NCBI GenBank assembly: GCA_951406725.2
Contig: OX597832.1
Location: forward strand, 53,010,001 to 53,074,000
Length of the DNA stretch: 64,000 nucleotides
Origin: Octopus vulgaris
Taxonomy: Eukaryota
Direction: 5' to 3'
Shown: positions 25,815-39,210 of the stretch, piece by piece
Layout of the letters: every line of letters begins with the position of its first letter
Numbering within the stretch: position 1 is the stretch's first letter
Notes under the pieces: generated by a model
What the model saw: only the letters and a program-made list of their open reading frames with translations
Told to the model about the DNA's origin: nothing
The model's database searches: none
Translations under genes and position numbers: made by a program

Positions 25815-26600
25815 ATAAAAACATTGTGTACAGTGCTCAGGTGCACTACAACTCATCTAAAGTGTATGTATAATCAGGTGTAGTTTCGGTGGATTTCGGA
25901 AAGCATGAGGGCCTTAAAGGATGCAGTGTCATGGCAGTCAGCAACTGATGCAGGCAGTTTGTTCCATGCTTCAGCAACTCTGAGCGTGAAAAAATGTTTC
26001 CAAAAGTCATGGGAGCTGTGTCATTTTCTGACTTTGTAGGCATGTTCACGTGTGTTGGACACATGGAGATCAAAAAGGTGTTCAGTGTTGTTGTTGGTGA
26101 GGTGGTTGATAACTTTGTGGGTGTTTACCAAGTCCATCGCCAGACGCCGGAGCTTCAGTGAATCCATGCCCAGGGAAACAAGGCGCTCAGAATATGGTAG
26201 ATGTCTGATGGAGGGTATGCGTTTGGTTGCACGTCTCTGGACAGATTCCAGGAGGTCAATGTTCTGAGCAAGATAGGGGTTCCAAACTGATGATGCGAAT
26301 TCCAAGTGTGGTCGTACCATAGCTGTATACAGTTTTAAATAGATGGCTGGAGAGCGGCTAACAAAAGTCTTGCTGAGTGATGCCAAGACACCCTCGGCCT
26401 TCTTGACAATTTTAGAGATATGCTTTGTCCAACGCAAATCACTGCTGACAGTGATGCCTAGGTCACGCTCGCAAGAGGATTTCTTTGTGGGTGTTTACCG
26501 AGTCCATCGCCAGACGCCGGAGCTTCAGTGAATCCATGCCCAGGGAAACAAGGCACTCAGAGTATGGTAGGTGTCTGATGGAGGGTATGCGTTTGGTTAT
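25815..26600 (-). mobile_element. CR1-like LINE 3' fragment with an internal duplication; (TAA)n tail
   Basis: LYTAMVRPHLEFASSVWNPY...LESVQRRATKRIP...LPYSERL; 26490-26600 repeats 26118-26230. Related 3' ends at ~21450, ~34220 and ~39630. Confidence 0.85.
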
Positions 26601-26809
26601 GTTCTATTGATACTAATTTTATCATGTTTAGGGAGATGAAAGACAGGAAGCAAAGGAAAAAAAAGCATCCCTGCAGCATTTGGAAGTTTTAATTGAAAAA
26701 AAAAGAAAGAAAATAACTAAGAGCTGAATTGTTTGAACTGTTTCTGTAAACTCATCAATATGTTTTTAATTATTCACTCCAGACAATTAATTACAGTATA
26801 AATCTAATC

Positions 26810-27202
26810 GTGTGTGTGTGAGAGAGAGAGAGAGAGTGAGTGTAAGAGAGTGAGTATGTGTGTGAGAGAGAGAATGTGTGTATGAGAGTGAGTATGTGAG
26901 AGAGAGAGAGAGAGAGAGGAAGAGAGAGAAAGATAGAGTATGTGTGTGAAAGAGTGTGTGTGTGTGTGTGTGTGTATGAGAGAGAGAGTGAGTGTGTATG
27001 TGTGAGAGAGAGAGTAAGTGTGTATGTGTGAGAGAGTATAAGTGTATGTGTGTGTGTGTGTGAAAGAGGGTGTGTGTGTATGAGAAAGAGTGTGTGTGTG
27101 AGAGAGAGAGAGAGAAAGAGTGTGTGTGTGTGTGTGTGTGTGAAAGGGCGAGTGTGTGTGTGTGTGAAAGAGAATAAAAAGAAAGAAAGAATGTGTGTGT
27201 GT
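26810..27202. repeat. (GT)n/(GA)n compound microsatellite
   Basis: Directly visible. Confidence 0.9.
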
Positions 27203-27306
27203 AGAAATAATTACTTCCCATTTACAATGAATCTTCTGTAATCTAATTTCAGTTGTTTCATTTACATAAATACAAAAGGCAAAACGCTATCAATATTCCT
27301 GCTTCA

Positions 27307-28110
27307 AGCTGGCAGAAACGTTAGCACGTCGAGCGAAATGCTTAGCGGTATTTCGTCTGCCGTTACATTCTGAGTTCAAATTCCGCCGAGGTCGACTTTA
27401 CCTTTCATCCTTTCGGGGTCGATAGATTAAGTACCAGTTACGCACTGGGGTCGATGTAATCGACTTAATACCTATGTCTGTCCTTGTTTGTCCCCTCTAC
27501 GTTTAGCCCCTTGTGGGTAATAATGAAATAGGTATTTCATCTACCGTTACGTTCTGAGTTCAAATTCCGCCGAGGTCGACTTTGCCTTTCATCCTTTCGG
27601 GGTCGATAAATTAAGTACCAGTTATGCACTGGGGTTGATATGATCGACTTAATCTGTTTGTCTGTCCTTGTTTGTCCCCTCTGTGAGTAGCCCCTTGTGG
27701 GTAGTAAAGAAATAGGTATTTCGTCTGTCTTTAAGTTCTGAATTCAAATTCTGCCGAGGTCGACTTTGCCTTTCATCCTTTCGGGGTCGATAAATTAAGT
27801 ACCAGTTACGCACTGGGGTCGATGTAATCAACTTATTCCCTTTGTTTGTTTGTCCCTATCTATGTTTAGCCCCTTGTGGGCAATAAACAAATAAGAAACG
27901 TTAGCAAGCCAGGCGAAATCCTTAATGGTATTTCGTCTATCTTTACGTTCTGAGTTCAAATTCTGCCGAGGTCAACTTTGCCTTTCATCCTTTGGGGGTC
28001 AGTTAAATAAGTACCAGTTATGCACTGGGTCAATATAATTGACTTAATCCCTTTGTCTGTTCTTGTTTGTCCCCTCTATGTTTAGCCCCCTGTGGGCAAT
28101 ACAGAAATAA
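27307..28110 (+). mobile_element. Head-to-tail array of four ~185-200-bp units of a second SINE (family B)
   Basis: Repeated GTTCTGAGTTCAAATTCCGCCGAGGTCGACTTTGCCTTTCATCCTTTCGGGGTCGAT...AGCCCCTTGTGGG; single copies at ~24320, ~36620, ~38505, ~45325 and ~46460. Confidence 0.85.
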
Positions 28111-28805
28111 ATATTCCAGCTGCTCATTGACACAAAAAAAAACTTACCATAACTAATCCTCAGTACAAGTCCCTATAACAGCCTTGATGTAGATTCCTCT
28201 TCACTTCTTACTTCAAATCTCTTTGCCCTGCTAGAGTTTAAAAAAAAAAAACTGACAATTCTCTCTTTTTTTTTTTTGCATATTTTTCTTGTTTCACTCA
28301 TTTGACTGTGACCATGCTGGGGCACTGCTTTGAAGAATTTCTGTTTCTTTAGTCAAACAAATTGACCCCAATACATTTCTTTACTAAGCCCCTAGTACTT
28401 ATTCTATCGGTTACTTATATATATTCTCTTTTATATATATTCTACTTATTATACAACATTACTCTTTTATGTACACTTTTTTATGTACATTCCTTTATGT
28501 ACACTGATTTGTTCTGCTTTTTTATGTTTAACCCTACAGTCTCTTATGTGGTGGTTTAATAAAGTATGTGATTGAGTATTATCTGGTAATTGATATTTGA
28601 TTTAGATGTATTTCTCCATTTTCTTATCTTGTATTAGTAATTTGTGGTAAATCATTTTACCTTTGCCCATATAATACAGTAAATGAATTGATTGCATCGC
28701 AGTCCTTAACATTTATGAATTAACTTTGTTGGGTGCTTCACTAGCAGTATATTGGATATATGTTATCCCATGGAGGGTTGCATTTACAACCCCTATCTCA
28801 ATTTG

Positions 28806-28842
<37 letters not shown>

Positions 28843-29374
28843 CTTAGGTTAGAAATAAAACCTCTATTAGGCAACTCAATAAGTTTGGATTTACTCCCTA
28901 ATATTATTATTATATATATATATGTACATACATACATACATACACACCGCCATATATATGCTAATTCTCAAAAACATTCCTTCAAAATAAGATTCCAATG
29001 GGCAAAAATATAGAAGAAACTTGAATAAGATGTCACTAGTGTTTTAAACCCTGTCAGTCAGCAGCTGGTCTTAAAAGTCATCTGAAGGCTCATCAATGGA
29101 GTGATTGTGCTGTGTGTTGGCATGTAATGTGTGTGTTGATGAGATGATGGCTATCATCTGTCAAGATGAAGCAATCATCATCATCATCATCATCATCATC
29201 ATATATATATAGGTGCAGGCATGGCTGTGTAGTAAGAAGCTTGCTTCCCAACCACATGCTTCCAGTTTCAGTCCCACTGCATGGCACCTTGGACAAGTGT
29301 CTTCTACTATAGCCTTGGGCCAACCAAAGCCTTGTGAGTGGATTTAGTTGTCAGAAACTGAAAGAAGCCCATCG

Positions 29375-29406
<32 letters not shown>

Positions 29407-29502
29407 TAATCCAAACAAGAAAGCACAAAAAAACACAACAACGCGAGGAGGTGGAACAAATATAGTATTATTGGACGCTCAGGAAAGAAGGGAAGAAGGA
29501 GA

Positions 29503-29537
29503 GTTTAACGTTTCGAGCGGAGCTCTTCGTCGGAAAC
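29503..29537 (-). ncRNA. Minimal type I hammerhead motif (CCGACGA core variant) inside a ~190-bp dispersed element
   Basis: GUUU-CCGACGA-A-GAGC-UCC-GCUC-GAAA-CG-UU^AAAC; palindromic AACGUU in place of stem III. Confidence 0.65.
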
Positions 29538-30033
29538 ATAGGAGAAGGAAAGATCCAGAGAAGGGAAGACAGAGGTACACACGAGGTCACATGTATATAA
29601 ATATATATATATATATATATATTCCTTCTGTTACCTGAGTTCAACAAGCTAGGCTCCTGTAGCAAGACACTCAAACTTTAGGTTGCATAGAGCCAAACAA
29701 AACAGTTTTTTAAATGATAAAAATAATGTTGGTTTGTTTACATCCACATAACAGTGGTTCGGCAAAAGAGACCGAAAGAATAAGTAATAGGCTTACTAAA
29801 AATAAGTTCTGGGGCCGATTAGTTTGACTAAAGGTGGTGCTCCAGCTTGGCCACAGTCAAATGACTGAAACAAGTAAAAGAACAAAAGAAAGGATGTATC
29901 TACAGCAAGGAAGGCATTCATTTCTGTCCCCTCTATACCTTTAATCTCTCATCAAGTGGTGCTGGGCCACACCCGCTCAATACTACTCCTTCCTTCCAGT
30001 TGAAGAGTTTTTGTGATTACAAGCTACTTAATG

Positions 30034-30077
<44 letters not shown>

Positions 30078-30370
30078 TAATTTGTTTATTGGCCACAAGG
30101 GCTGACAAAAATTAACTAAAACATTGAGGGACAAAACACAGGACGAAAGTTACAAAGGGTTTTGTCCGTTTGTAAAAAGCCGTGTAAAAATTCCAGAGAT
30201 AACAACAAAAATATAACAAATGAAATTCCCACTAGGAGGAGGCGCTTCGAAAGGTTACTCATGGAAAAACCCATAAAAGCCATGAGAGCCTGGTCAAAAG
30301 GCGGGTAGAGAGCTCCTTTCTCCTTTTATTATACTTTTTTATACTACAGGTGTATCCTCAGAATTGGTCC

Positions 30371-30401
<31 letters not shown>

Positions 30402-30447
30402 TCAATAATATACATACATATATAAATACATATATATAGACATACAT

Positions 30448-30619
30448 AGGCATAGGAGTGGCTGTGTGGTAAGTAGCTTGCTTACCAACCACATGGTTCC
30501 GGGTTCAGTCCCACTGCGTGGAACCTTGGGTAAGTGTCTTCTACTATAGCCTCGGGCCAACCAAAGCCTTGTGAGTGGATTTGGTAGACAGAAACAGAAA
30601 GAAGCCTGTTGTATATATG

Positions 30620-30658
<39 letters not shown>

Positions 30659-30854
30659 TTGTGTGTCTGTTTGTCCCCCCAACATCGCTTGATGCTGGGG
30701 TGTTTATGTCCCTGTAACTTAGTGGTTCGGCAAAAGAGACCAATAGAATTAGTACTAGGCTTACAAAGAATAAGTCCTGGCCTGGGGTTGATTAGCTCGA
30801 CTAAAGGTGGTGCTCCAGCATGGCCACAGTCAAATGACTGAAACAAGTAAAAGA

Positions 30855-30856
<2 letters not shown>
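30448..30856 (+). mobile_element. Full-length tRNA-derived SINE (family A)
   Basis: Family A head through tail. Confidence 0.85.
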
Positions 30857-30926
<70 letters not shown>

Positions 30927-31073
30927 ACAATAATATGTTACATTACTCGGCATCTGAAACTCAGAGTTTTATCTTGACTACCGAGTAATGTAACATATTA
31001 TTGTATAGATAAATTTCCTCTATTTACATAATATTGAGGTCTCTTTCTTTCTTTTGTTATCTTACCGTTTTAT

Positions 31074-31110
<37 letters not shown>

Positions 31111-31253
31111 TCATAAATGAGGGCAAAGGAAAAAATTTCTAATGCCAAATATGCCGAAAAATTGGACATATTGTCCATTAACCATATAATTTTTTCACAA
31201 TATGCACACTACTCGAAAAAAGGTTGACAGAAATTTCTAAAAAATTCCATTAT

Positions 31254-31311
31254 TATCATATCGGACCGATTTCAGAGTTAGCTACTAAGAGCCCTCTCTT
31301 CATCAGTGATA
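31254..31311 (-). ncRNA. Type I hammerhead ribozyme
   Basis: UAUCA-CUGAUGA-AGAG[18 nt]CUCU-GAA-AUCG-GUC-CGAU-A^UGAUA; all three stems pair. Confidence 0.8.
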
Positions 31312-31463
31312 CATGTGGCAAAAGAAATAAATGAGATACTAACTTATACCCATGAATTGCTTATAAATTTAACCGTTAAAGGTATTTTTTATAATGCGGC
31401 CATCGATAAAATTTTTTTCGAGAAAATATTTTTTTTTTCGAAAAGAATTTTATCCTCACAATT

Positions 31464-31516
<53 letters not shown>

Positions 31517-31985
31517 TGAATACATTTTATGTTATATTTTATATTACAGCTTAATGAATTTACATGATAACTAATGACAACTAATAAGACTGCTTTTTCT
31601 TTCTTTTTCTTTCTCTTTCTGATGAAATGATGAAATATTATTGTGAGAAGGTCACAGCTTCAAAATAGGAGAATGAATATATTCAAGTGTCATTGATAAG
31701 ATTTTAGATCTAACAATTTTCACTTTGGTAGGTTATTAATCTGTTGTTATGATTCATTAAGTGAAAACAATGAGGCCATAACTCCAAAGTCTTCTTAAAA
31801 CAAATCACATGACTATATTATTTATTTATAGAAGAAAAAAACTCCAGCTCCCTGCCCACACTGTTCCACACACACACACACACACACATACACACACACA
31901 CACACTCATTCACTCACACCTGCACACACACACATATATATACATGCATGTACTTACATACATACACACATAATAATACACATAC

Positions 31986-32064
<79 letters not shown>

Positions 32065-32088
32065 TGTGTGTGTGTGTGTGTCTGTGTA

Positions 32089-32096
32089 TATATAAG
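32089..32096 (+). promoter_or_regulatory. Candidate TATA box of the Pro/Tyr- and His-rich gene
   Basis: TATATAAG about 70 nt upstream of AAAACCATG, directly after a long (GT)n tract. Confidence 0.45.
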
Positions 32097-32166
32097 AAGC
32101 ATTTTCAAACAACTGATTACATCTATTTGACAAGCAGCAAGAGCATTTGTGTTAAATTAGAAAACC

Positions 32167-32179
32167 ATGAATCCTTACA
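32167..32179 (+). CDS. Pro/Tyr-rich, His-rich small protein, exon 1 (MNPY, phase 1)
   Basis: AAAACC-ATG AAT CCT TAC A|GTAAGT: good start context, consensus donor, and the phase fits the 39211 microexon, giving MNPYNPYGNP. Confidence 0.7.
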
Positions 32180-34549
32180 GTAAGTAAAAATTCATTTTTG
32201 AAAACAAAACCTATTAACTTTTTCCATGAATGAGAAAAAAAAAATGACCAATAAAAAATAACATTTTAATTGGTATAAACTGGTTTCTAGTAGGCTACAT
32301 TGCCATCTAAAATGAGAACCACAAAATTTATTATTTCTCATGGGACTGAGATTAAATTGGTGAATTATCTGAGATATTTTTTTAAATATTTATTCAAAAG
32401 TATTTCTCAATATTCAAAGTTTAAATTTCTCCATGATCGACTTTGTTTTCCCCTGTATAAGGTTTGTGAAATACAGGGCGTACTGAGTGCTTTTTTACAT
32501 GGCACCAACATCAGTCCTTTTAAACATGGCTCCAACTGGAAGGAAGGAGTAGTATTGAGCCGGGTGTGGCCTTGCACCACTTGATGAGAGATTAAAAGTA
32601 TAGAGGGACAGAAATAGATGCCTTCCTTGCTGTAGATACATTCTTTCTTTTGTTCTTTTACTTGTTTCAGTCATTTGACTGTGGCCAAGCTGGAGCACCA
32701 CCTTTAGTCAAACTAATCGGCCCCAGAACTTATTCTTAATAAGCCTAGTACTTATTCTTTCGGTCTCTTTTGCCGAACCACTATATTATGTGAATGTAAA
32801 GAAACAAACATCGGTTGTCAAGCGATGGTGAGGAGACAAACACAGACACACAAACATACACACACACACACATATATATAATATAAATAATATATAAATA
32901 TATGCATATGTACATACATATATGTACATACCTACATATATATGTATATATACATGCATATATGGGTACAGGACATCAAAAAAAAGCGTTGAACACAATG
33001 AGAAACGAAAACATAAAAACAAAAACATAGAAAACGCACTTTTTTCAACAAAAACAAAAACAGAAACGAGATATGCATCATAAAGAACACTCCCCTTCAT
33101 CAGTTGTCCCTGTTTCATCTACTCTGCATTTCAAAGGTCGTATATATATATATATATATATATATATACTATGGACTTCTTTCAGTTTCCATCTACCAAA
33201 TCCACTCACAAGGCTTTGGTTGGCCTGAGGCTATAGTAGAAGACACTTGCCCAAGGTGCCACACAGTGGGACTGAACCCGGAACCATGTGGTTGGTAAGC
33301 AAGCTTCTTACCACACAGCCATGCCTGTACCTTTGAGTACCCCTGTTGTAAAATAAGAGAGAGCTTAGTAAGAAAGATGATGGAGAATATGTGTTGAGAC
33401 ATACACTCAGGGGACATTGGAGATAGAGAAGTATTGGTCACTTTCACCAAACTTTCTCATCGTTATTCTAAGAAATAAATTCTGATTTTATGCTATCGTT
33501 CATTATTTCTAAGAAAGCTAAGGCATCAAGCTAGCAGAATCATTAGCAAGCTGAACAAAATGCTTGGTGGCATTTATTCCAACTATACATTCTGAGTTCA
33601 AATTCTGCTAAGGATGACTTAGTCTTTTGTCGTTTCAGGGTCGATGAAATAAGTACCAGTTGAGAACTGGGCTCAATGTAATTGAGGAGACGCTCCCCTA
33701 AAATTTCAGATATTATTGTCTATAACAGAAATGGTTATTTCTATGAAAGCATCAAATAATATTTTTTCTAAAACATTTATTAGAAAATCATTGAAAATAG
33801 AGGAGACCTCAGATAAAGGCATGAAATCTTCAGGGCAGTAGACCTGTGGATCACATCTCACCATTTGAATAACTAACTTCATGTCATCAGTTTGTTAGAT
33901 CTATGGGTCACACTTCAACATTTGATTATCTATCTTCATGCCATATTTCTGTATAAGCAGGATTGACTGAGGTTTCACCTTTCAGCCTTTCAGGGTTGAT
34001 AAAATTAGTACTAGCTGAGTGTGGTAAGAAGTTTGCATCAGAACCTCAAGGTTCTGGTTTCAATCTCACTACATAGTACCTTGGGCTGACTAAAACCTCA
34101 TGAGTGGATTGGCTACACAGAAACTGAAAGAAGCTTGTCATATAATATACATATATACATACATGTATGTATGTGTGTATACATGTATATTATAATGTAC
34201 ACACACACACACATACATAACCACCTTAAGTACCTTTTTGAGCTCCATGTGTCTAACACACATAGGTATACCTACAAAGTCAAAAAACAGCACAGCTCCC
34301 ATGACTTTTGGAAACATTTTCTTCACATTCAAAGTTGCTGAAGCATGGAACAAACTGCCGGCATCAGTTATTAGTTGCCGAGACATCACATCCTTTGAAA
34401 CCTCTCTGCTTCCTAAAATTCGCCAACACTACACCTGATATCCTCCTCTCCATACACATGCATACACGTATATCATGACTTTTATACTGTTCACTTTCCT
34501 GACTTTTGTACATAATTCTATGTACTGTACATGCACCTTTGATGAGTTG

Positions 34550-34980
<431 letters not shown>

Positions 34981-35356
34981 AGGCTTCTTTCAGTTTCCGT
35001 CTACCAAATCCACTCACATCGCTTTGGTTGGCCCGAGGCTATAGTAGAAGACACTTGCCCAAGGTGGCAAACAGTGGGACTGAACCCAGAACCATGTGGT
35101 TGGTAAGCAAGCTATTTACCACACAGCCACTCCTACATCTAAAAATCTGTAAAAAAAACTGTAAAAATATGTAAAACTTTCCATAAGTTTATCAGTTAAG
35201 TATATATGAGCATGTCTAGACATGCAACTATACGCATGAGAATATACACATAAAGCAAAACATACAATTCTGCACATATACATACATACAAAAATACCCT
35301 GTTATTGATGTTGAAATTCTAATGAGGGAGCCTTGGGTCTAGGTTAGAAACCAGAC

Positions 35357-35464
35357 ATGCATACATACATGCAAGCAAGCAATACATACATACACATACA
35401 AACAATTCATGTATACATAAATACATGCATGCATGCATACAAACATACATACATACACACATAT

Positions 35465-35495
<31 letters not shown>

Positions 35496-36041
35496 CATAC
35501 ATACATACATACATATATACATACATATATACATACATACATACATACATATATACATACATGCATACATACATACATACATATATACATACATATATAC
35601 ATACATACATACATACATATATACATACATATATACATACATACATACATACATATATACATACATATATACATACATACTACATACATACATAATACAT
35701 ACATGCATACATACATACATACATGCAAGCATACATACATACATACAAACATGCATACATACATACATAGATATATACATGCATATATACATACATACAT
35801 ACATACATACATAATACATACATGCATACATACATACATACATACATACATACATACATACATAATACATACATGCATACATACATACATACATACATAC
35901 ATACATACATACATACATACATACATACATACATGCATACATACATACATACATACATGCATGCATACATACATACAAACATGCATACATACATACATAC
36001 ATACATACATACATACATACATACATACATACATACATACA

Positions 36042-36075
<34 letters not shown>

Positions 36076-36111
36076 CATACATACATACATATGTGCATAC
36101 GTACATACATA
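35357..36111. repeat. (ACAT)n microsatellite
   Basis: Directly visible. Confidence 0.95.
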
Positions 36112-36412
36112 CTTTGTCTGTAAAGTCAATGAGATATAGTTATCTTAGACTGTGAGGGCACATGTACTGCTGGGAGTTCTTTATCTTTTGGAACTGTGTT
36201 TGCAGAGACATTGTCGTGGCATTTACTATCAGTTCTTAGCAGTGACAGAACGGAAGATAAAAAGTATGTTGTAGATAAATGCCATATTATTTGATACAGT
36301 CATTGAGATATGGGATGGAAGAATTGGGTGCAGAGAGTGATCGTCTATCAGCCAGTCTGTGTGTCTAGTTGTCTGTTTGTCAGCTTGCCAACCCACCTAC
36401 CTTCTTCCCTGC

Positions 36413-36563
<151 letters not shown>

Positions 36564-37503
36564 TATATATTCTTTTCTACACTAGGCACAAGGGTCGAAT
36601 TTTTTTTTTAGGTGGGGAGGGGGCTAGTTGATTAAATCGACCCTAGTATGCAACTGGTACTTAATTTATCGACCCCGAAAGGATGAGAGGCAAAGTCGAC
36701 CTTGGTGGAATTTGAACTCAGAATGTAGTGACGGGTGAAATGCTGCTAAGCATTTCGTCCAGCATGCTAAAGATTCTGCCAACTCTCCATATATAGACAC
36801 ACACACACACACACACACATGGTTTGAAACACACAAGCACAGGGACACATGCATTAATACATACATACATATATATATATGTGCATGTGTGTTCCTATGT
36901 ATGTATGTATGTATGTATGTGTGTGCGTATGTATGTGTGTATGTATGTGTGTGTATGTATGTATGTATGTATGTATGTGTATATGTATGTGTATATGTAT
37001 GTGTGTATGTACGTATGTATGTATGTATGTATGTTTACTTCTACGGATACCAAAAGTAATTGTGTCTAGCCTTCAGTAAGGTCACAATTCAATCAGTTTT
37101 GTTGTACCAACAAAAGACAAAAGATAAACTATTAAAACTTAAAGAAAGCAAAGTCTGAAGTCTGTCTTCATAGAATACAAAAGTGTATAAACACAGCAGA
37201 TAAACACGCTTACTGATAAATATGTTTACTGATAAACATGTTTACAAATCCATACATGTTTTAATTATTTCATCTATTGATGTGATTATTAAATCACTTA
37301 CAAGATAAGAGATAACGAGATCAATCAATTTAGATGATCTGCCTTAATAACCTGATAGAGGAAACTCTGAGTATTAGCCTAAACATCTTGCAGAACTGAT
37401 TCAACATGGAATAATAAGGCTTATATATATACATACATATATATAAGGTTTAAATAAATTAATCAAAATAAAATAAAAATAAAAACATGATGCCAAGGAT
37501 TCA

Positions 37504-37581
37504 GCGGTACATATGTTTCGGGCCTTTATTAGACGGATTTATAACAATGCACAATGTGTGTCTATGGCCTTCTTCAGCCGC
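37504..37581 (-). ncRNA. Type I hammerhead ribozyme with extended stem II
   Basis: GCGG-CUGAAGA-A-GGCC[long loop]GGCC-C-GAAA-CAUAUG-UA^CCGC. Confidence 0.75.
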
Positions 37582-39210
37582 GCACAATCACTACCTCAAG
37601 GACATGTATTACATCAAAAATTCTACGTTGGGGATGCAAATCCTCTCAGTCGCGTACGACACATACATACATATACATTTATATATAACTGGCAAAATTC
37701 ACAGCAGAGAATTATTTTCTGTAGAATTATTTCCGGTAGTTTGGCACACCAAAACGAAGACTTTTGAAAAGTGACCCCCAATTGTAATTGGTAGAACTGT
37801 ATACATGTTCAATCTCAAGCAGATGTTCCGTGTATAGTTCTACAAATTGTATTTGTGAAGACGATCATGCTGATGAGCTGCAGATAATTACGTAAATTAT
37901 TACGTTAGCATTAACAATGAAACCTGGCTTTTGCTTAATCTATATTTTGTATCTTTTTATTTGACTTGCTTGCTTACATTCTGGCATTTGCTAAATTGTC
38001 TTGAGAACATTCCTTTTTTAGTGGTAAGACCATAGCGGATCTTCTTCTAGCATAATGGATGTCCACTTACAATCACATAAACTAGATTGAAATCTAGATT
38101 CCCGATGAGAATTACTTGGAGGGGGGGGGGTGAAAAGTAGAAGAAATTGTTGTGGAATAGTTGCAGAATGGTCCTAAAATAATTGGTGAGATGTTAAAAA
38201 TACCTTTGGTGGTGCAATTAAGATAATGTTAAGATACTGAGATCATATAAATGAATGTTATTTTCTGTGATAAGTCGTCATAACAGCTATTTTTTGTAAT
38301 GATTCATAGTGTTGTTATGTTTGAGTCAAGAAATGATGAAATGGTAAATGGTTCTGAAAGTGATGGTGTGATTCTTATAATATGGACGAACTTCTTGTAT
38401 ACAGTGTTCAGGTGTATGACAACTCATCAGAAACAGCAGCCAAAACTGCATGAACAGTTCATAGAATACGCATGGGAAATGTATAAGGAAGAACTGAAAC
38501 AGAGCGGCGAGCTGGCAAAAATGTTAGCACGCCGGGCGAAATGTGTAGCCGTATTTCGTCTGACGCTACATTCTGAGTTCAAATTCCGCCGAGGTCCACT
38601 TTGCCTTTCATCCTTTCGAGGTCGATTAAATAAGTACCAGTTACGCACTGGGGTCGATGTAATTGACTTAATCCCTTTGTCTGTCCTTGTTTGTCCCCTC
38701 TATATTTAGCCCCCTGTGGGCAATAAAGAAATAGATATTTAAGAATTTCTTTACACACACACACACACACATTTATAATATACATACATGTGCACAACAC
38801 AAAACACACATGCACACACATACACATTTAAGTTTAAAAAGAAGCTACAAATGTCATATGTCTAAGGAAATTGTTTTAATGAAAGGATATGAGGAAAGAG
38901 GTATATTTGTCAAGTTAATGAGAATCGTCTAAGCAGATTTAGTAAAACTACCGACCTTGTCATTAGTAGGGAGTGGATTGGTTGGTACTGAGTGCACAAT
39001 ATGTCATACATAGTGAGTTGTTCCTCATGAAAATGGAAAATGTATCGGTCATTCCTGAATTCTTTCTTTAATTAGACAAGAAAGGAAAAATGTAGGTACA
39101 GGTAAGTGACTCCACAGAGTTAGTCAAAAATGTTCTGCTTAATATAATGCTAATACAGTGAATATCACACAGCTAATGTCTTTCATTTTATTTTTCTTCT
39201 TCCATTATAG

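Noticed and set aside
27307-28110. CRISPR-like or gene-array interpretation of the tandem repeats
   Set aside because: Units are ~190-bp SINE bodies with no unique spacers; eukaryotic context and no cas genes
33085-33140. Possible permuted (type II) hammerhead on the minus strand (GAAA...CUGAUGAAGG)
   Set aside because: Stems I and III could not be paired convincingly
37487-37774. ORFs MMPRIQR... and MFRAFIRR... as a first exon
   Set aside because: Weak donor (GTACAT), and the sequence is the antisense of a hammerhead-bearing repeat
39076-39101. Candidate 26-nt exon (ttag|ACAAG...GTACAG|GTAAGT) of the His-rich gene
   Set aside because: It needs a phase-2 upstream donor and shifts the frame after the phase-1 exon at 32167; at most a poison or cryptic exon
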